Assembly: GCF_037042905.1 (NCBI RefSeq)
Contig: NC_087250.1
Span: forward strand, 25,360,001-25,424,000
Direction: 5' to 3'
From: Lytechinus pictus
Lineage: Eukaryota
Length of the DNA stretch: 64,000 nucleotides
Part shown: positions 34,796-47,859 of the stretch, piece by piece
Layout: every line of letters begins with the position of its first letter
Numbering within the stretch: the first letter of the stretch is position 1
Made by a program: the position numbers and the translations under genes
The notes under the pieces: model-generated
The model's database searches: none
What the model was told of the DNA's origin: nothing
Seen by the model: the letters and a program-made list of their open reading frames with translations, nothing else

Positions 34796-35394
34796 AGGAC
34801 AAGTCTACCCCAACAACAAGTTGATTTGAATAAAAAGAGAAGAATCCGACAAGCATAACACAGAAAATTTCATCAAAATGGGATGTAAAATAAGAAAGTT
34901 ATGGCATTTTAAACTTTTGCTTAATTTCACAAAGCAGTTATATGCACATCCTGGTCAGTATGCAAATGAGGAGACTGATGACATCGTCCACTAATGTTTT
35001 TTTTATTATATGAAATATGAAATTTTCTATTTTTATTCTCATTGTCAAGTGAAACAATGATTAATTCCTCCTGAACATGTGGAATTAGCACTGTTTAATA
35101 CACTATGGTTCAGTCAAGTTGGTCCTAATTGTCAAATCTGTAAAAATGAAATACATGTATTGTATAATTCAAACAATAAAAAACAAAAGAAATAGTGAGT
35201 GACATCATCGACTCTCTCATTTGCATGTCACTGAGTTGTGCATATCCCTGTTTTATGAAAAATGATAAGCGAAAATTAAAAATGCCACAACTTTCTTATT
35301 TTACATTCGATTTTGATGAAATTTTCAGTGCTCTGCTAGATTGATTTTTCTCTATTCATTCAAATCAACATTATTCTTGGGGTGGACTTGACCT
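34796..35394. mobile_element. Kolobok family A copy (duplicated at 37111-37715)
   Basis: aggacaagtc...ggacttgacct-TTAA. Confidence 0.8.
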
Positions 35395-38300
35395 TTAACA
35401 GAGATGCACCGAGGTCACAGCAAAGGGGACGAACAAAAACTTTGAGTAAAAGTCAATAGATGGGTATACTATTTCCCAAAGGATATACATTTTAAGGACT
35501 GTTTCTATTTTTTTATTCGATAGTGTTTTTTTAACAGATCAAGATTAAGATTTGAATGTGGGAGGCGTATGAGATATGGGTGAGGGTGATCTTGCCCCCT
35601 CCCTCTCTAGATGGACCAAAACCTCGTTGGCGCCTATGCATCGTAGGGTCAGTATTAGGGTATAGTAAGTTAGCCACCTTTCGCAAATGCTTTCCTTGGT
35701 TTACATTGTCTATTGTATATATTTCTCTAACATTTTGGTTTGATTTTATTGACTTTGTATCTTTATGAATTTGTTCTTCTTGTTACGTTTTGCAATGTAA
35801 GATTTAAAGTGAATGAATTTGACGAATGCTATGTACAATAAATAATACTTGATAATTTTAAACAAAGTTGATCAAATGGTCGTAAATGGATGCAGCACGA
35901 GTTTGATCCCCTTTTGTAATGTTTGGCACCAGTTTCTGATAACGATTTCTTAAATTATTCATCGTATTATCAATATACATGTATAGATATAGTTAATTCA
36001 GCAGGAACAAAAAGGAGAGAAAGAAAAAGTAAAAGGCAGACGAAGAAAATAAATGGAGGAGGAGGAGGAGGAAGAAGAAGACCTATGTGTGATTGCAACC
36101 ATCATATTGCCAGCATCTTTATACTAAACAGGGGCTGCGGAAACGGAAGGGGGGCTTCAGCCCCCCCCCCTCCCCCCACACCTTTTCCCAAACCATGTAA
36201 AACACGTAAAATAACGTTTTGTATGTTAGTATGTATTTTTCCTTCCTTCATTTCTCATGATGTCGTGTGTGCGTGCGTATTGTTTTGTGTTCAGGTATTC
36301 TGAAGTGCAAAATGTTGTTTTGTATAGTGTCTATGTTCGTTGTTTTCTTTTGTGTGCATGTGGATGGAGCCCTCGATTCCCGTTTTATAATTACTCTTTT
36401 ATTGTAATTTCATTGATTAGTGTATATGAAAATCATTTTACTACAAAGTTCTTTATACTTGAATATATATAATATGACATGACCTCCCAATATGTTAATT
36501 GATATGATTTTTTTTGGGCATATTATGAATACTTTATCACTTTGTACCTTTATGCATTTGTTCATATTGTAACGTTTTGCAATGTAGGATATGAACTGAA
36601 TGAATTTAATGAATGTTATTAAAAACAGAATTCTTCATAATTTCAAACAATGTTGATCAAAGGGTCGTAAATATATAAGTAGATGAACTTCATGAAGCAC
36701 GAGTTTTTCCCCCTTTTATTTTTTTGGCATCAGTTGCTGATGATGATTTCATAAAAACATTATTGATAATATTTTAGATTGTTCAACAGGTACTAAATGA
36801 GAGAAAGAAGAAAAAACAAGAAGAAGAAGAGGAAGAAGAAAAAGTAAAAGAAGAAGATGATGACGAAGAAGGAGAAGAAGAAGAAAAAGGAGACCTTTGT
36901 GTCATTGTGACCAGCAGATATTACCGGCATCATAATACTGAATGGCTAATTACCTGTTATTACCTTTAATATAATTAACTGAGACATGTGAGAAGAGCCC
37001 TGATTTTGAACGGCAATTAAACCTCCATCCTCTTATTTACTTGAGGGTACACTGTATGTTTTATGCGACAATTAAAAGGTGTCTGATTTCGTGGAAATAA
37101 TCTTTATCAAAGGACAAGTCTACCCCAACAACAAGTTGATTTGAATAAAAAGAGAAGAATCCGACAAGCATAACACAGAAAATTTCATCAAAATGGGATG
37201 TAAAATAAGAAAGTTATGGCATTTTAAACTTTTGCTTAATTTCACAAAGCAGTTGTATGCACATCCTGGTCAGTATGCAAATGAGGAGACTGATGACATC
37301 GTCCACTCATGTTTTTTTTTTATTATATGAAATATGAAATTTTCTATTTTTATCCTCATTGTCAAGTGAAACAATGATTAATTCCTCCTGAACATGTGGA
37401 ATTAGCACTGTTTAATACACTATGGTTCAGTCAAGTTGGTCCTAATTGTCAAATCTGTAAAAATGAAATACATGTATTGTATAATTCAAACAATAAAAAA
37501 CAAAAGAAATAGTGAGTGAGTGACATCATCGACTTTCTCATTTGCATGTCACTGAGTTGTGCATATCACTGTTTTATGAAAAATAATAAGTGAAAATTTA
37601 AAATGCCACAACTGTCTTATTTTACATTCGATTTTGATGAAAATTTCAGTGCTCTGCTAGATTGATTTTTCTCTATTCATTCAAATCAACATTATTCTTG
37701 GGGTGGACTTGACCTTTAACAGAGATGCACCGTGGTCACAGCAAAGGGGACGAACAAAAACTTTGAGTAAACGTCAATAGATGGGTATACTGTTTCCCAA
37801 AGGATATATATTTTAAGGATTTTCAAATTTTTTTATTTGATAGTGTTTTTTAACAGATCAAGATTAAGATTTGAATGTGGGAGGCGTATGAGATATGGGT
37901 GAGGGTGATCTTGCCCCCCTCCCTCCCTAGATGGACCAAAACCTCGTTGGCGCCTATGCATCGTAGGGTCAGTATTAGGGTATAGTAAGTTAGCCACCTT
38001 TCGAAAATGCTTTCCTTTACATTGGCTATTGTATATATTTCTCTGACATTTTGGTTTGGTTTTATTTACTTTGTATCTTTATGAATTTGCTCTTGTTACA
38101 TTTTGCAATGTAAGATTTGAAGTGAATGAATTTGACGAATGATATGTACAATATATTATACTTAATAATTTTAAACAAAGTTTATCAAAATGGTCGTAAA
38201 TAGTTGAAGCACGAGTTTGGCCCCCTTTGGTAATGTTCAGCACCAGTTTCTGATAGCGATTTCTTAAAAATATTAGTAATAATATTATTCATTATGTATA

Positions 38301-38557
38301 GAGATAGTTAATTCAGCAAGTACAAAAAGGAGAAAAAGAAAAGTAAAAGGCAGAAGAAGAAGAAAATAAAAGGAGGAAAAAGAAGACATATGTGTGATCG
38401 TAACAAGCATATTGCCAGCATCATTATACTAAACAGGGGCCACGGAAACGCCCCTCGCCGCCCCACACTTTTTTCCATTTCTATGCAAAAAATACACGTA
38501 AAATGACAATATGATTGTATTTTTTGCATGGTCAGCCGCTACATTGGACTCAGACCC

Positions 38558-41500
38558 TGTTACACCCACAAATGTAATAATCGCCCACAAATGTAATAAC
38601 GCCCACAAATGTAATAACACTTTACCCACAAATGTAATAACGCCCACAAATGTAATAACACTTTACCCACAAATGTAATGATTTCACCCACAAATGTAAT
38701 AATGCACTTTACCCACAAATGTAATAATTTTTGATCGCCCACAAATGTAATAATGACTTTACCCACAAATGTAATAAATTTGAAGGGATTTTTGGCAAAT
38801 CTGTTCTAAACTAAAATCCTATAGTAATTCGTTCATATAGCACAAAAGTGCAAAGTCTTTTTTCCAGACCCGGTTAATAAAACATTATAGTACAATTCCA
38901 AAGTCTTTTTCCAGACCCGGTTGTTTCAAAATTATAATATACGTCCAAAGTTTTTTTTCCAGACCCGGTTAATTAACAAATTATAATGCAAGTCCAAAGT
39001 CTTTTTTCCAGACCCGGTTGTTTCAAAAATTATGATATACGTCCAAAGTCTTTTTTCCAGACCCGGTTGTTTCAAAAATTATAATATACGTCCAAAGTCT
39101 TTTTTCCAGACCCGGTTAATTCAAAAATATAATATACGTCCAAAGTCTTTTTTCTAGACCCGGTTGTTTAAAAAATTATGATATACGTCCAAAGTCTTTT
39201 TTCCAGACCCGGTTGTTTCAAAAATTGTAATATACATCCAAAGTCTTTTTTCCAGACCCGGTTGTTTCAAAAATTGTAATATACGTCCAAAGTCTTTTTT
39301 CCAGACCTGGTTAATTCAAAAATTATAATGCAAGTCCAAAGTCTTTTTTCCAGACCCGGTTGTTTCAAAAATTATAATATAAGTCCAAAGTCTTTTTTCC
39401 AGACCCGGTTAATTAAAAAATTAGAATATAAATCCAAAGTCTTTTTTCCAGACCTGGTTGTTTCAAAAATTATAATATACGTCCAAAGTCTTTTTTCCAG
39501 ACCCGGTTAATTAAAAAGTATAATGCAAGTCCAAAGTCTCTTTTCCAGACCCGGTTGTTTCAAAAATTATAATGTAAGTCCAAAGTCTTTTTTCCAGACC
39601 CGGTTAATAAAACATTATAGTACAATTCCAAAGTCTTTTTTTCCAGACCCGGTTGTTTCAAACATTAGAATATAAGTCCAAAGTCTTTTTTCCAGACCCG
39701 GTTGTTTCAATAATTATACTATACGTCCAAAGTCTTTTTTCCAGACCTGGTAGTTTCAAAATTATTATAAGTCCAAACTAAGATAATGATATTCTAGTTG
39801 AATAAAATGAGAATCGAGCTCAGTCTTTTCTCCAGACCCAGTCAATTAAAACTGGTGGAAATGTAACAAAGACCCCAACTCTTTTGTAAATGTTAAATAA
39901 CATGGAAATATAGCGTAGTCTTTCATCCAGACCCAGATCTTTCAAATAACAAATGAATAATAATAATAATAAATTATTAATAATAAAAAAGCAAACAACG
40001 ACCCACGATCCTATTTATGTTGAATAACATGGAAATATAGCGTAGTCTTTCCTCCAGACCAAGATCTTTCAAATATCAAATGAATAATAATAATAATAAA
40101 TTAGTAATAATAATAAATTAATAATAATAAAAAAAGCAAACAAAGACCCACGATCCTATTTATGTTGAATATCATGGAAATATAGCGTAGTCTTTCCTCC
40201 AGACCCAGACCTTTCAAATAAGAAATGATGAATAATGATAATAAATTAGTAATAATAAAAAAGCAAACAAAGACCCACGATCCTCTTTATATTGAAAACA
40301 TGGAAATATAGCGTAGTCTTTCCTCCAGACCCAGTTATAAAAGTCATTTAAAACACAACAACAACAAAACAAAGACCCTGCAATCTTATCATCATTGAAT
40401 AACATGGAAATATGGTGTAGTCTTTCCTCCAGACCCAATTATTTCAAAATAATCAAAATCATTAGAAAAGAATAACAGAATCTAAGGCCCAACTATCCTT
40501 CAAACTAAGAACCTTCAATAAATAAAAGTTTAGAGAGTTTTCTTTATTCCAGACCTTGTCATTTAAAAAATAAGATAAATGAAATCCTCATGACTAAGAC
40601 TCAATCATATTCTTGTGCCTGTTCAACATGAATAAGATGATTGGGGGAGTATTTCATCAACATTTATGTCCGACAAGTTGTCAGATCTGACAACTGTTCT
40701 TGATGTTGATTAGCTAAGAAGCAGTGCTACCAGTGTCGGATAAAACGTCAGACAACTCCTTTCATGAAATGCTCCCCGGGCTCTAAGTTTTGATGTTGTT
40801 TTTATTATAAATTTCTTTGCCTGGAAGAAAAAATGAATGTTTAATTGCATCATTTATTATAGGATGTTAGGCTGGAAGAGGGTTAAATATTTTTTGTTCT
40901 GTTTTTTTTTTAATAAACTGGTCTGGTCAAATTAAGTATGCGTTATCACAAGGGTTTTATAGTTTGGAAGATGCTGGGGTCTAAGTTTTAAGATTAATGT
41001 TTTGCTTAATTTGTATTTTAAAGAGAACTGGGTGAGGGGTAAAGACAACACTCTAAGCCCAAGCATTTTAAGTTGGTTTAATTTTGAAGATTGGTCTTAG
41101 CTGTGATTTTTTTTCAATATTTGATTATATTTTAAATAACCGGGTCTAGACGAAAGACTAAGCATAATACTCGTGTTATTCCACAAGAATAAGAATATGA
41201 CAAAGTCATATTCTTACTCTATTTTAAGATTGTTTAAATCATTTTTAAATTACTGGGTCTGGAATAAAGACAACGCTCTAAACATGTGCTTTTCTACATG
41301 CATGGTCTTAATTTGGAGGATTCAAATTCAAATTCAAAATTTATTTATTTCACTTCCATCAAACAAAAACAAATTGTATACCATATATAAACATAAATAT
41401 TTGTATCCGTTGCAAACAAAATTAATGATACATATGTTTTGAAAAAAACACTTAAACAATTTCGGCAACACATTGTAGGTTTTAAATATGTATACTAATT

Positions 41501-42958
41501 TTTCAATAGAAATTAAATTAAGATGGAAATGGGGGGACCCACTAAAAAGCAATGCTTGTACAACGTGGGCCCCTCAAAAAATAGATAACACAACAAATAA
41601 CAAAATAACAAAGTATAAATACAGATAATCAAATGAGAAAAAATAAATACATGAGAGGGATTGTTGGTTCTAAGATTCGTTTTGGGGGTTGGGTTTTATT
41701 GATTTTTTATTTCTTGAAATAATTGTGTCTGGAGGAAAGTCGATCTTCGACAATCGGTCTTCATGTTATATCACAGTAATTAGATTATTGGGTATTCGTT
41801 TTAGAATATTTGTAAAAACTACTTTATTTTTTCAAATAATAACCAAGTCTGGAGAAAGGATGTTTGCTTTACCCATGCATTATTACAATGTTTTGTAGGG
41901 GTCGTAGTATTATTTTTTTAAAATGGGTGTGGGGTAAAGACATATTTTTTTACTGGGTGAAACTTTGGAAAATTGGTCTTAGATTTGAAGTTTTTTAATT
42001 CATTTTTTAATAGCCGGGTCTGGAGGAAAGACTTTGGACTTATATTGTAATTGTTTAATTATCCGGGTCTGGAAAAAAGACTTTGTACTTTGGTGCTATA
42101 TGAACGCATTGCTATAGGGTTTATTTTTTAGTTTTAAGTAACCGGGTCTGGAGAAAAGACTACGCTTGATTCTCAATTTACTCTTAGTGCATATATTCAC
42201 AATATACGCCGTATAAGTTGAAACAACAACAAAGACATTAATTCCGCCAGTTTTAATTAACTGGGTCTGGAGAAAAGACTAAGCTCGATTCTCTTTTTTT
42301 TTCCACTGAAATATCATTATCATATCTTAGTTTTGACTTATATTATAATTTTTGAAATAACCGGGTCTGGAAAAAGACTTTGGACTTATATTATAATCTT
42401 TTAAACAACCGGGTCTGGAAAAAAGACTGGACTTATATTATAATTTTTTAAACAACCATGTCTGAAAAAAAGACTTTGGACTTGCATTATAATTTTTGAA
42501 TCAACCGGGTCTGGAAAAAAGACTTTGGACTTATATTATAATTTTTTAAACAACCGGGTCTGAAAAAAAGACTTTGGACTTGCATTATAATTTTTGAATT
42601 AACCGGGTCTGGAAAAAAGACTTCGGACGTATATTATAATTTTGAAACAACCGGGTCTGGAAAACGTCTGGTAAAAACACTTTGCACTTTTGTGCTATAT
42701 GAACGAATTACTATAGGATTTTATTTTAGAACGGATTCGCCAAAAATCCCTTCAAATTTATTACATTTGTGGGTAAAGTCATTATTACATTTGTGGGCGA
42801 TCAAAAATTATTACATTTGTGGGTAAAGTGCATTTTTACATTTGTGGGTGAAATCATTACATTTGTGGGTAAAGTGTTATTACATTTGTGGGCGTTATTA
42901 CATTTGTGGGTAAAGTGTTATTACATTTGTGGGCGTTATTACATTTGTGGGTGCAACA
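38558..42958. mobile_element. 4.4-kb foldback element with modular tandem-repeat TIRs, TGT..ACA ends and 5-bp TSD
   Basis: GACCC-TGTTACACCC...GGGTGCAACA-GACCC; outer CCCACAAATGTAAT repeats, unique inverted spacer and inner about 42-bp TCCAGACCCGG repeats, mirrored at both ends. Confidence 0.88.
40643..40777. mobile_element. Small MITE (second copy about 54696-54863)
   Basis: gggg..tttcatcaa..tccgacaagttgtcagatctgacaac...ctttcatgaaa-gctcccc present in both copies. Confidence 0.7.
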
Positions 42959-44564
42959 GACCCCCCCCCCCTTTAAAAACCGTTCTGCGGCCCCTGCCTT
43001 GATCTTCATGTTACCGGCGGGTACCCTTATACATAGTTCATATATCATTTCTGATAACGTGGATATAGTCATTGATAACATTGGGGTACAGTGGTCACGG
43101 ATGGGGGGGGGGGGGGGGGGTGGCACGAGCAAAAATAATTAGTCTCTGTCAATAGATAGGTATACTTTCGTGAAAAGATTCATTTTAAGGACTGTACAAT
43201 TTTAAGATATGTATCTTTCCTCTCGAATAATGCGAGCGCGAATCGCGAGCTGAAAAGAAGAGAAAAAATTGATTTCAGACCAAAAAAAAAAATGAAAATC
43301 AATACAGTTTACCTCTTCTTGATTTAATGTTTTTTTTAACAGATCAAGAATTAAGATTTGCATGAGGGAGGCGTATGAGATATGGGAGAGGGTCGTCTCC
43401 CCCCCCCCGATGGACCAAAAATATCATTGCCGCCAATGCCTCGTAGGGTCAGTATTAATATTTAGGGTACTGAGTTAGTCTCCTTTCGAAAATACCTTCT
43501 TAATTTACATTGTTCTCGAACGTTTTTATTTTATTTTATTCCACATTTCAATAACAAAAGTAAATACAATGCAAAATAATTCAGCCTGACACAATGATAA
43601 ACAATAATCAACATTGTATTGTTATAAGGCACTCATAAATCTATATACTTGGAAAATTTTCTTTAAAAAATGTTGAAACATGTATATAAACCAAATAAAT
43701 ACATATAATATGAATATACAATTGAGAAAAAATAGCATTAGCTTTTATTGCACAAAATAATATCAAAGTAGCAAAAGTAAATGAAAGAAGGAAAGACAAA
43801 TCAAACAGAGGTATTGTATTGTTGATGAAGGTGAAAAGTGCAAGTGTGCGAGTGCGCACGTGCGGCAGGGGGGGGGGGGGGTGTCATAGGTTGGCTGTAT
43901 ATTAGAGCTCTTAACAGCGTATTGTTCTTTAAAACAGCTTTGAATGAATAAAGCGATGTACATAACTTAATGTCATGTAATAAGTTATTCCGTAAATATG
44001 CATATACCCAAAGCTATAATAAATATTTTTTTATAATAAATAAGTTGATAACACGTAATATTATCGCAATATTGTGACGAAATGTCGCCTTAAGCTAGGT
44101 AAAAACCCGCAATGCAGCTTTAAGGTAAAGAGCCCTCTCGCGGGAAGAGAGGGACAGGCAAAATTCTCTCTTGTTTAACCTTTTCACTCCCAGGCGACCA
44201 ATAAATACATGCAGTATCCCTGATTGACCATCACCCAGGAGTGGAATAGGCTTAAACTACCTTTTTTCAAATGACCAAAATCTCCAGACAATGGAAGCTT
44301 GTGAAAACCTAGCACTAAACCATCCAATACCGCACAGCCCTACTTCCAGCTGCACTCCAGTAGTTAAGACAAAGTTCGGGAGGTATTGACTTAAGTGATT
44401 TATTGTAACTCTTAGGAGTAAAGAACAAGGGAGGCTATGATCTAGACCGGATATGATTACCCTGGCCGGGCTATTTCCAGCCCCTGTGTTTAGAGTGGGG
44501 AGAAATAGCTGAATTTTAAGTACATGCAGCTCCCTATGGGTAAAACTATCTTCCGGGGTTTACA

Positions 44565-44662
44565 TAGCCTCTTGTCGAGGCCCTGGCTGCTTCCTGAGCG
44601 AAGCGAGGGATATCCTAATTCGCGAAGCGAATTAGCCTGGCGTGAGCCAGGGCCTCTTGACA
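44565..44662 (+). other. Branched hairpin starting TAG; putative transposon left end
   Basis: tgtcgaggccctggct pairs with agccagggcctcttgaca and encloses two GCGAAGC mini-hairpins. Confidence 0.6.
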
Positions 44663-45416
44663 TCTGTACCGAATTATATATTCATGAGGCACGTCTTCCT
44701 AATGAATATAGATGAGCTCATGAATATTTAACGTTCACCTCGTAAATTGACCAATGAAATGTCAAAGCTGTTTCGTCCGTGGTTCGGAATAGTCCACTAT
44801 TTTGCAGGGGATCGATTTAATTGTGGAAGATTTTTTTTTTTTTAATGCATTGAAAAATCATTTTCTGACAAAAACAGTATTTTAATTACTTTTAAAAAAT
44901 CTAGCATTAAAGAAATTAAAGTTGAATTGTATTGAATATCTATTTTGAAGAATAATATGAAACGTATCCCTATTTTCACCCCCGTCTCTTTGCTCAATTG
45001 TGGACGAGTCTTTCCCTCCGTCTTGGAAGTTTTGTTTAGTCTTTGATAAAGTCACTCTCTAGAAGAAAACAGAGTGAAATCATGGACTAGATGCTAAAAA
45101 GTACTGTATGTTGTTCGGGTATCAAATATTAGACGGAAATACGTACAGAGATAAAGACTAAGACAAATGTATTTCCAAAACACAGCTGATTTTGCGAACA
45201 CGTGTGTGAACACTTTCGATTGAGTTGGAGCTTTCATGTTTCACTTTCAATATCGATTTTCCACTGAATTATAGAAAGTTTTGGATGTATATATATGTGT
45301 GTTGGATGGGCCACGCTTTTTTCAAGACGATCTGATAAATTATTGGACATTAGTTAGCTGAGACAGTATGATTTATCTTCGCATTCCATGTCAACAAGTT
45401 TCGAGTCCATGTCACG

Positions 45417-46596
45417 ATGCTGCTTGCTGGTAAGGTCAACGTACCTAACGTTACCCCTACAAAACCCGTCGTGATACGGCCGGGAAGAGGACGTCCCAGA
45501 GCAACTGACCGTGTGTGTTGTGTGTGCAATAGAAACGTAATTTTGTTTAAGAAATATTGCATTGTTGACGATGAAATCTCCTCAAAGTTAAATGAGTTAT
45601 CTGAAAGAAACACAGATTTTTTGTGCAAGAAGATTTGTGGTGTATGCAAAAATAAAGTAAACAAAATAACATCAAATGATGATCCATCAGCACTTGAGCT
45701 GAAAACTATGATTGCAAAGCCAAAGAATCAAGATGAAGATCTACCGGAAGGACGAGTTAAGCGGATGATCACTGAAAGCCCATCCAGATTGATGAGGCAG
45801 CAGAAACGGTCTGGAACTGGAAAGTCCACAGCAGCAACAAGCCCTTTGAGTTTGACTTTGTCAGTTAATCCGATCATATGTGCCCCAACAGTCAAGAGAA
45901 AGCAGCTCCAATTCAAAGAAAAAACAAGAGAAGAGGTACGTGTAACTTTAAGAATTTTTGTTCATTAATTTTCTTTTCTGCTAATTGAGAATCCATTTCC
46001 TTACAGACAAATTAATCATCTTAAATAACTGTCACCATAACCCCTTGCTAAATTAAATTTACCTCATAGAATTGCGTAATATCTCATACTTTAACACCAT
46101 GTGCTTAAACCTATGACATCATGCTATAAGTGGGGGGGGGGGGGGGGGGGGGGGGAGGTGCAACAATAGATCACCCCCGTTCCATGAATAGCCTAGGTGT
46201 GACGCAAGGATTTACGTCTTTGATGGACACAAATAAAACTGAGATTGTCATAAAATATTTCCATGTTTTTTTTTATAAATCATAGTCATGAATGAAATAG
46301 TGCTACCCTAATGGTTAAAGTAATTCTGAAACTTTTAATTACATATCCATGCATTGCTCACATTACAGGACTTGGCAAAACCCACTCCGCCAACTTCTGT
46401 AATGATAAATGAACTTCATACGGCTTTGGATCGAGGTGATCTCCACACTGTCGTTCACCATGTGACATCATCACCACTTCTACGTAGTGAATTCAACGAG
46501 TGTCTGTCAAAGGAGATCAGTGCAGAATGTTCCTACCTGTGTGGCATACAGAACAACCAATCAACTTTCCGAAACAAAAGCAAGGAAGCTTTACAA
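45417..46596 (+). CDS. Spliced orphan gene fragment (exons 45417-45935 and 46369-46596): AT-hook + Cys4 zinc finger; probable DNA-transposon protein N-terminus
   Basis: RPGRGRPR, CCVC...CGVC; phase-0 GAG|gtacgt ... ttacag|GAC ... CAA|gtaagt; exon 2 EISAECSYLC...STFRNKSKEAL; no clear downstream exons. Confidence 0.6.
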
Positions 46597-46903
46597 GTAA
46601 GTATATTGTTGTTTTTTTAAGCATATTTGAGGCGTTCACTCCAAAAGAATATTTACGTCGTAAAGTGTTTTAAGAAATGAGAATATAATATTTATTGATT
46701 ATTAGTAATATCATTTGTATGAGCGTCTTATACATATACACTCAGATGCAACATAAAGACAGTCGCACCATGATTTTTAAACGGGGGGGGGGGGGGGGGG
46801 TTGCAAATGGAGGGCAATGGATCATTTATGCTTATTTCATATAACAAGCACAAGCTAAAATTTCTAATATAGGCCCTACTGACTTGAAAAAGGGACTTGT
46901 TAA

Positions 46904-47475
46904 AAGACAAGTCCACCCCAACAAAAAGTTGATCTGAGTAAAAAGAGAAAAATCCAACAACCATATCACTGAAAATTTCATCAAAATCGGATGTAAAACA
47001 AGAAAGTTATGACATGTTAAAATTTTGCTTAATTTACAAAATAGTTTCAAGCACATCCTGGTCGGTTTGCAAATGAGGAGACTATCATCCACTCGTTTCT
47101 TCTTTTCATTTTATTATATGAAATAATCATATTTTTTTTCCTTATTGTCAAGTAAAACAATTAATTCCTCCATGAACATGTGGAATTAGCATTGTTTAAT
47201 ACTATTTGGTCTTTATTGTCAAATCTTTAAAAAAATCAAATATTGTTTAACTCAAACAATAAAAAACAAAAGATACAGAGAGGACATCATCAACTGTCTC
47301 ATTTTCATGTCATTGAATTATGAATATGAATATCACTGTTTTATGAAAAATAAGCAAAATGTTAACATCTCATAACTTTATTATTGATCTGATTTTTGAT
47401 GAATTTTTAAGCATTTTGCTAGTTTGATATTCTCTATTTATTCAAATCAACATTATTCTGGGGTGGACTCTACCT
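46904..47475. mobile_element. Kolobok family A copy
   Basis: TTAA-aagacaagtccacccc ... gggtggactctacct-TTAA. Confidence 0.8.
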
Positions 47476-47859
47476 TTAAGGAATGTTTGCAAGGAATCAT
47501 AACACCTCATCAAATAAATAATTTTATGGTGATTCGTGAGTTGTAATTGTAAAAGATATTCTGAGATGATAGTTGGCCGCTGTTTGTAAACACATTTTGT
47601 AGCCATGAACAGGATGGGTATCTGACTTAACAATTGATGTGAGCGCAAAGTGCAAGCTGAATAGCACTTTTTAAAATTATGAACATGCAGGATGCATACC
47701 GGTACCTTGCTAAAACAAAAAATGACAACTTGAATCACAAGAAGAATAATTTGTGCATATTGACTTGAACACTGGATTTTTAAAGTGGGATTGAAGAGCC
47801 CCCGTGAAGCACATCTCTTCTCCCCCATCCCTCCATTTTCGCCACAATATTGTATGAAT

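Larger units (their letters stand above)
33155..38450. repeat. Recent tandem segmental duplication (about 33155-36220 / 36221-38450)
   Basis: Near-identical blocks at about 2.3 kb offset (e.g. 34796 versus 37111), including the GAA-rich tract and Kolobok copy. Confidence 0.9.

Noticed and set aside
38429..38766. LLHLW-repeat ORFs (also 42769-43142)
   Set aside because: Translation of the foldback element's outer tandem repeats.
38850..40440. CRISPR-like regularly spaced repeats (AAAGTCTTTTTTCCAGACCCGG)
   Set aside because: The intervening sequences are themselves near-identical, the array is mirrored at 42010-42680 as a transposon arm, the context is eukaryotic and there are no cas genes.
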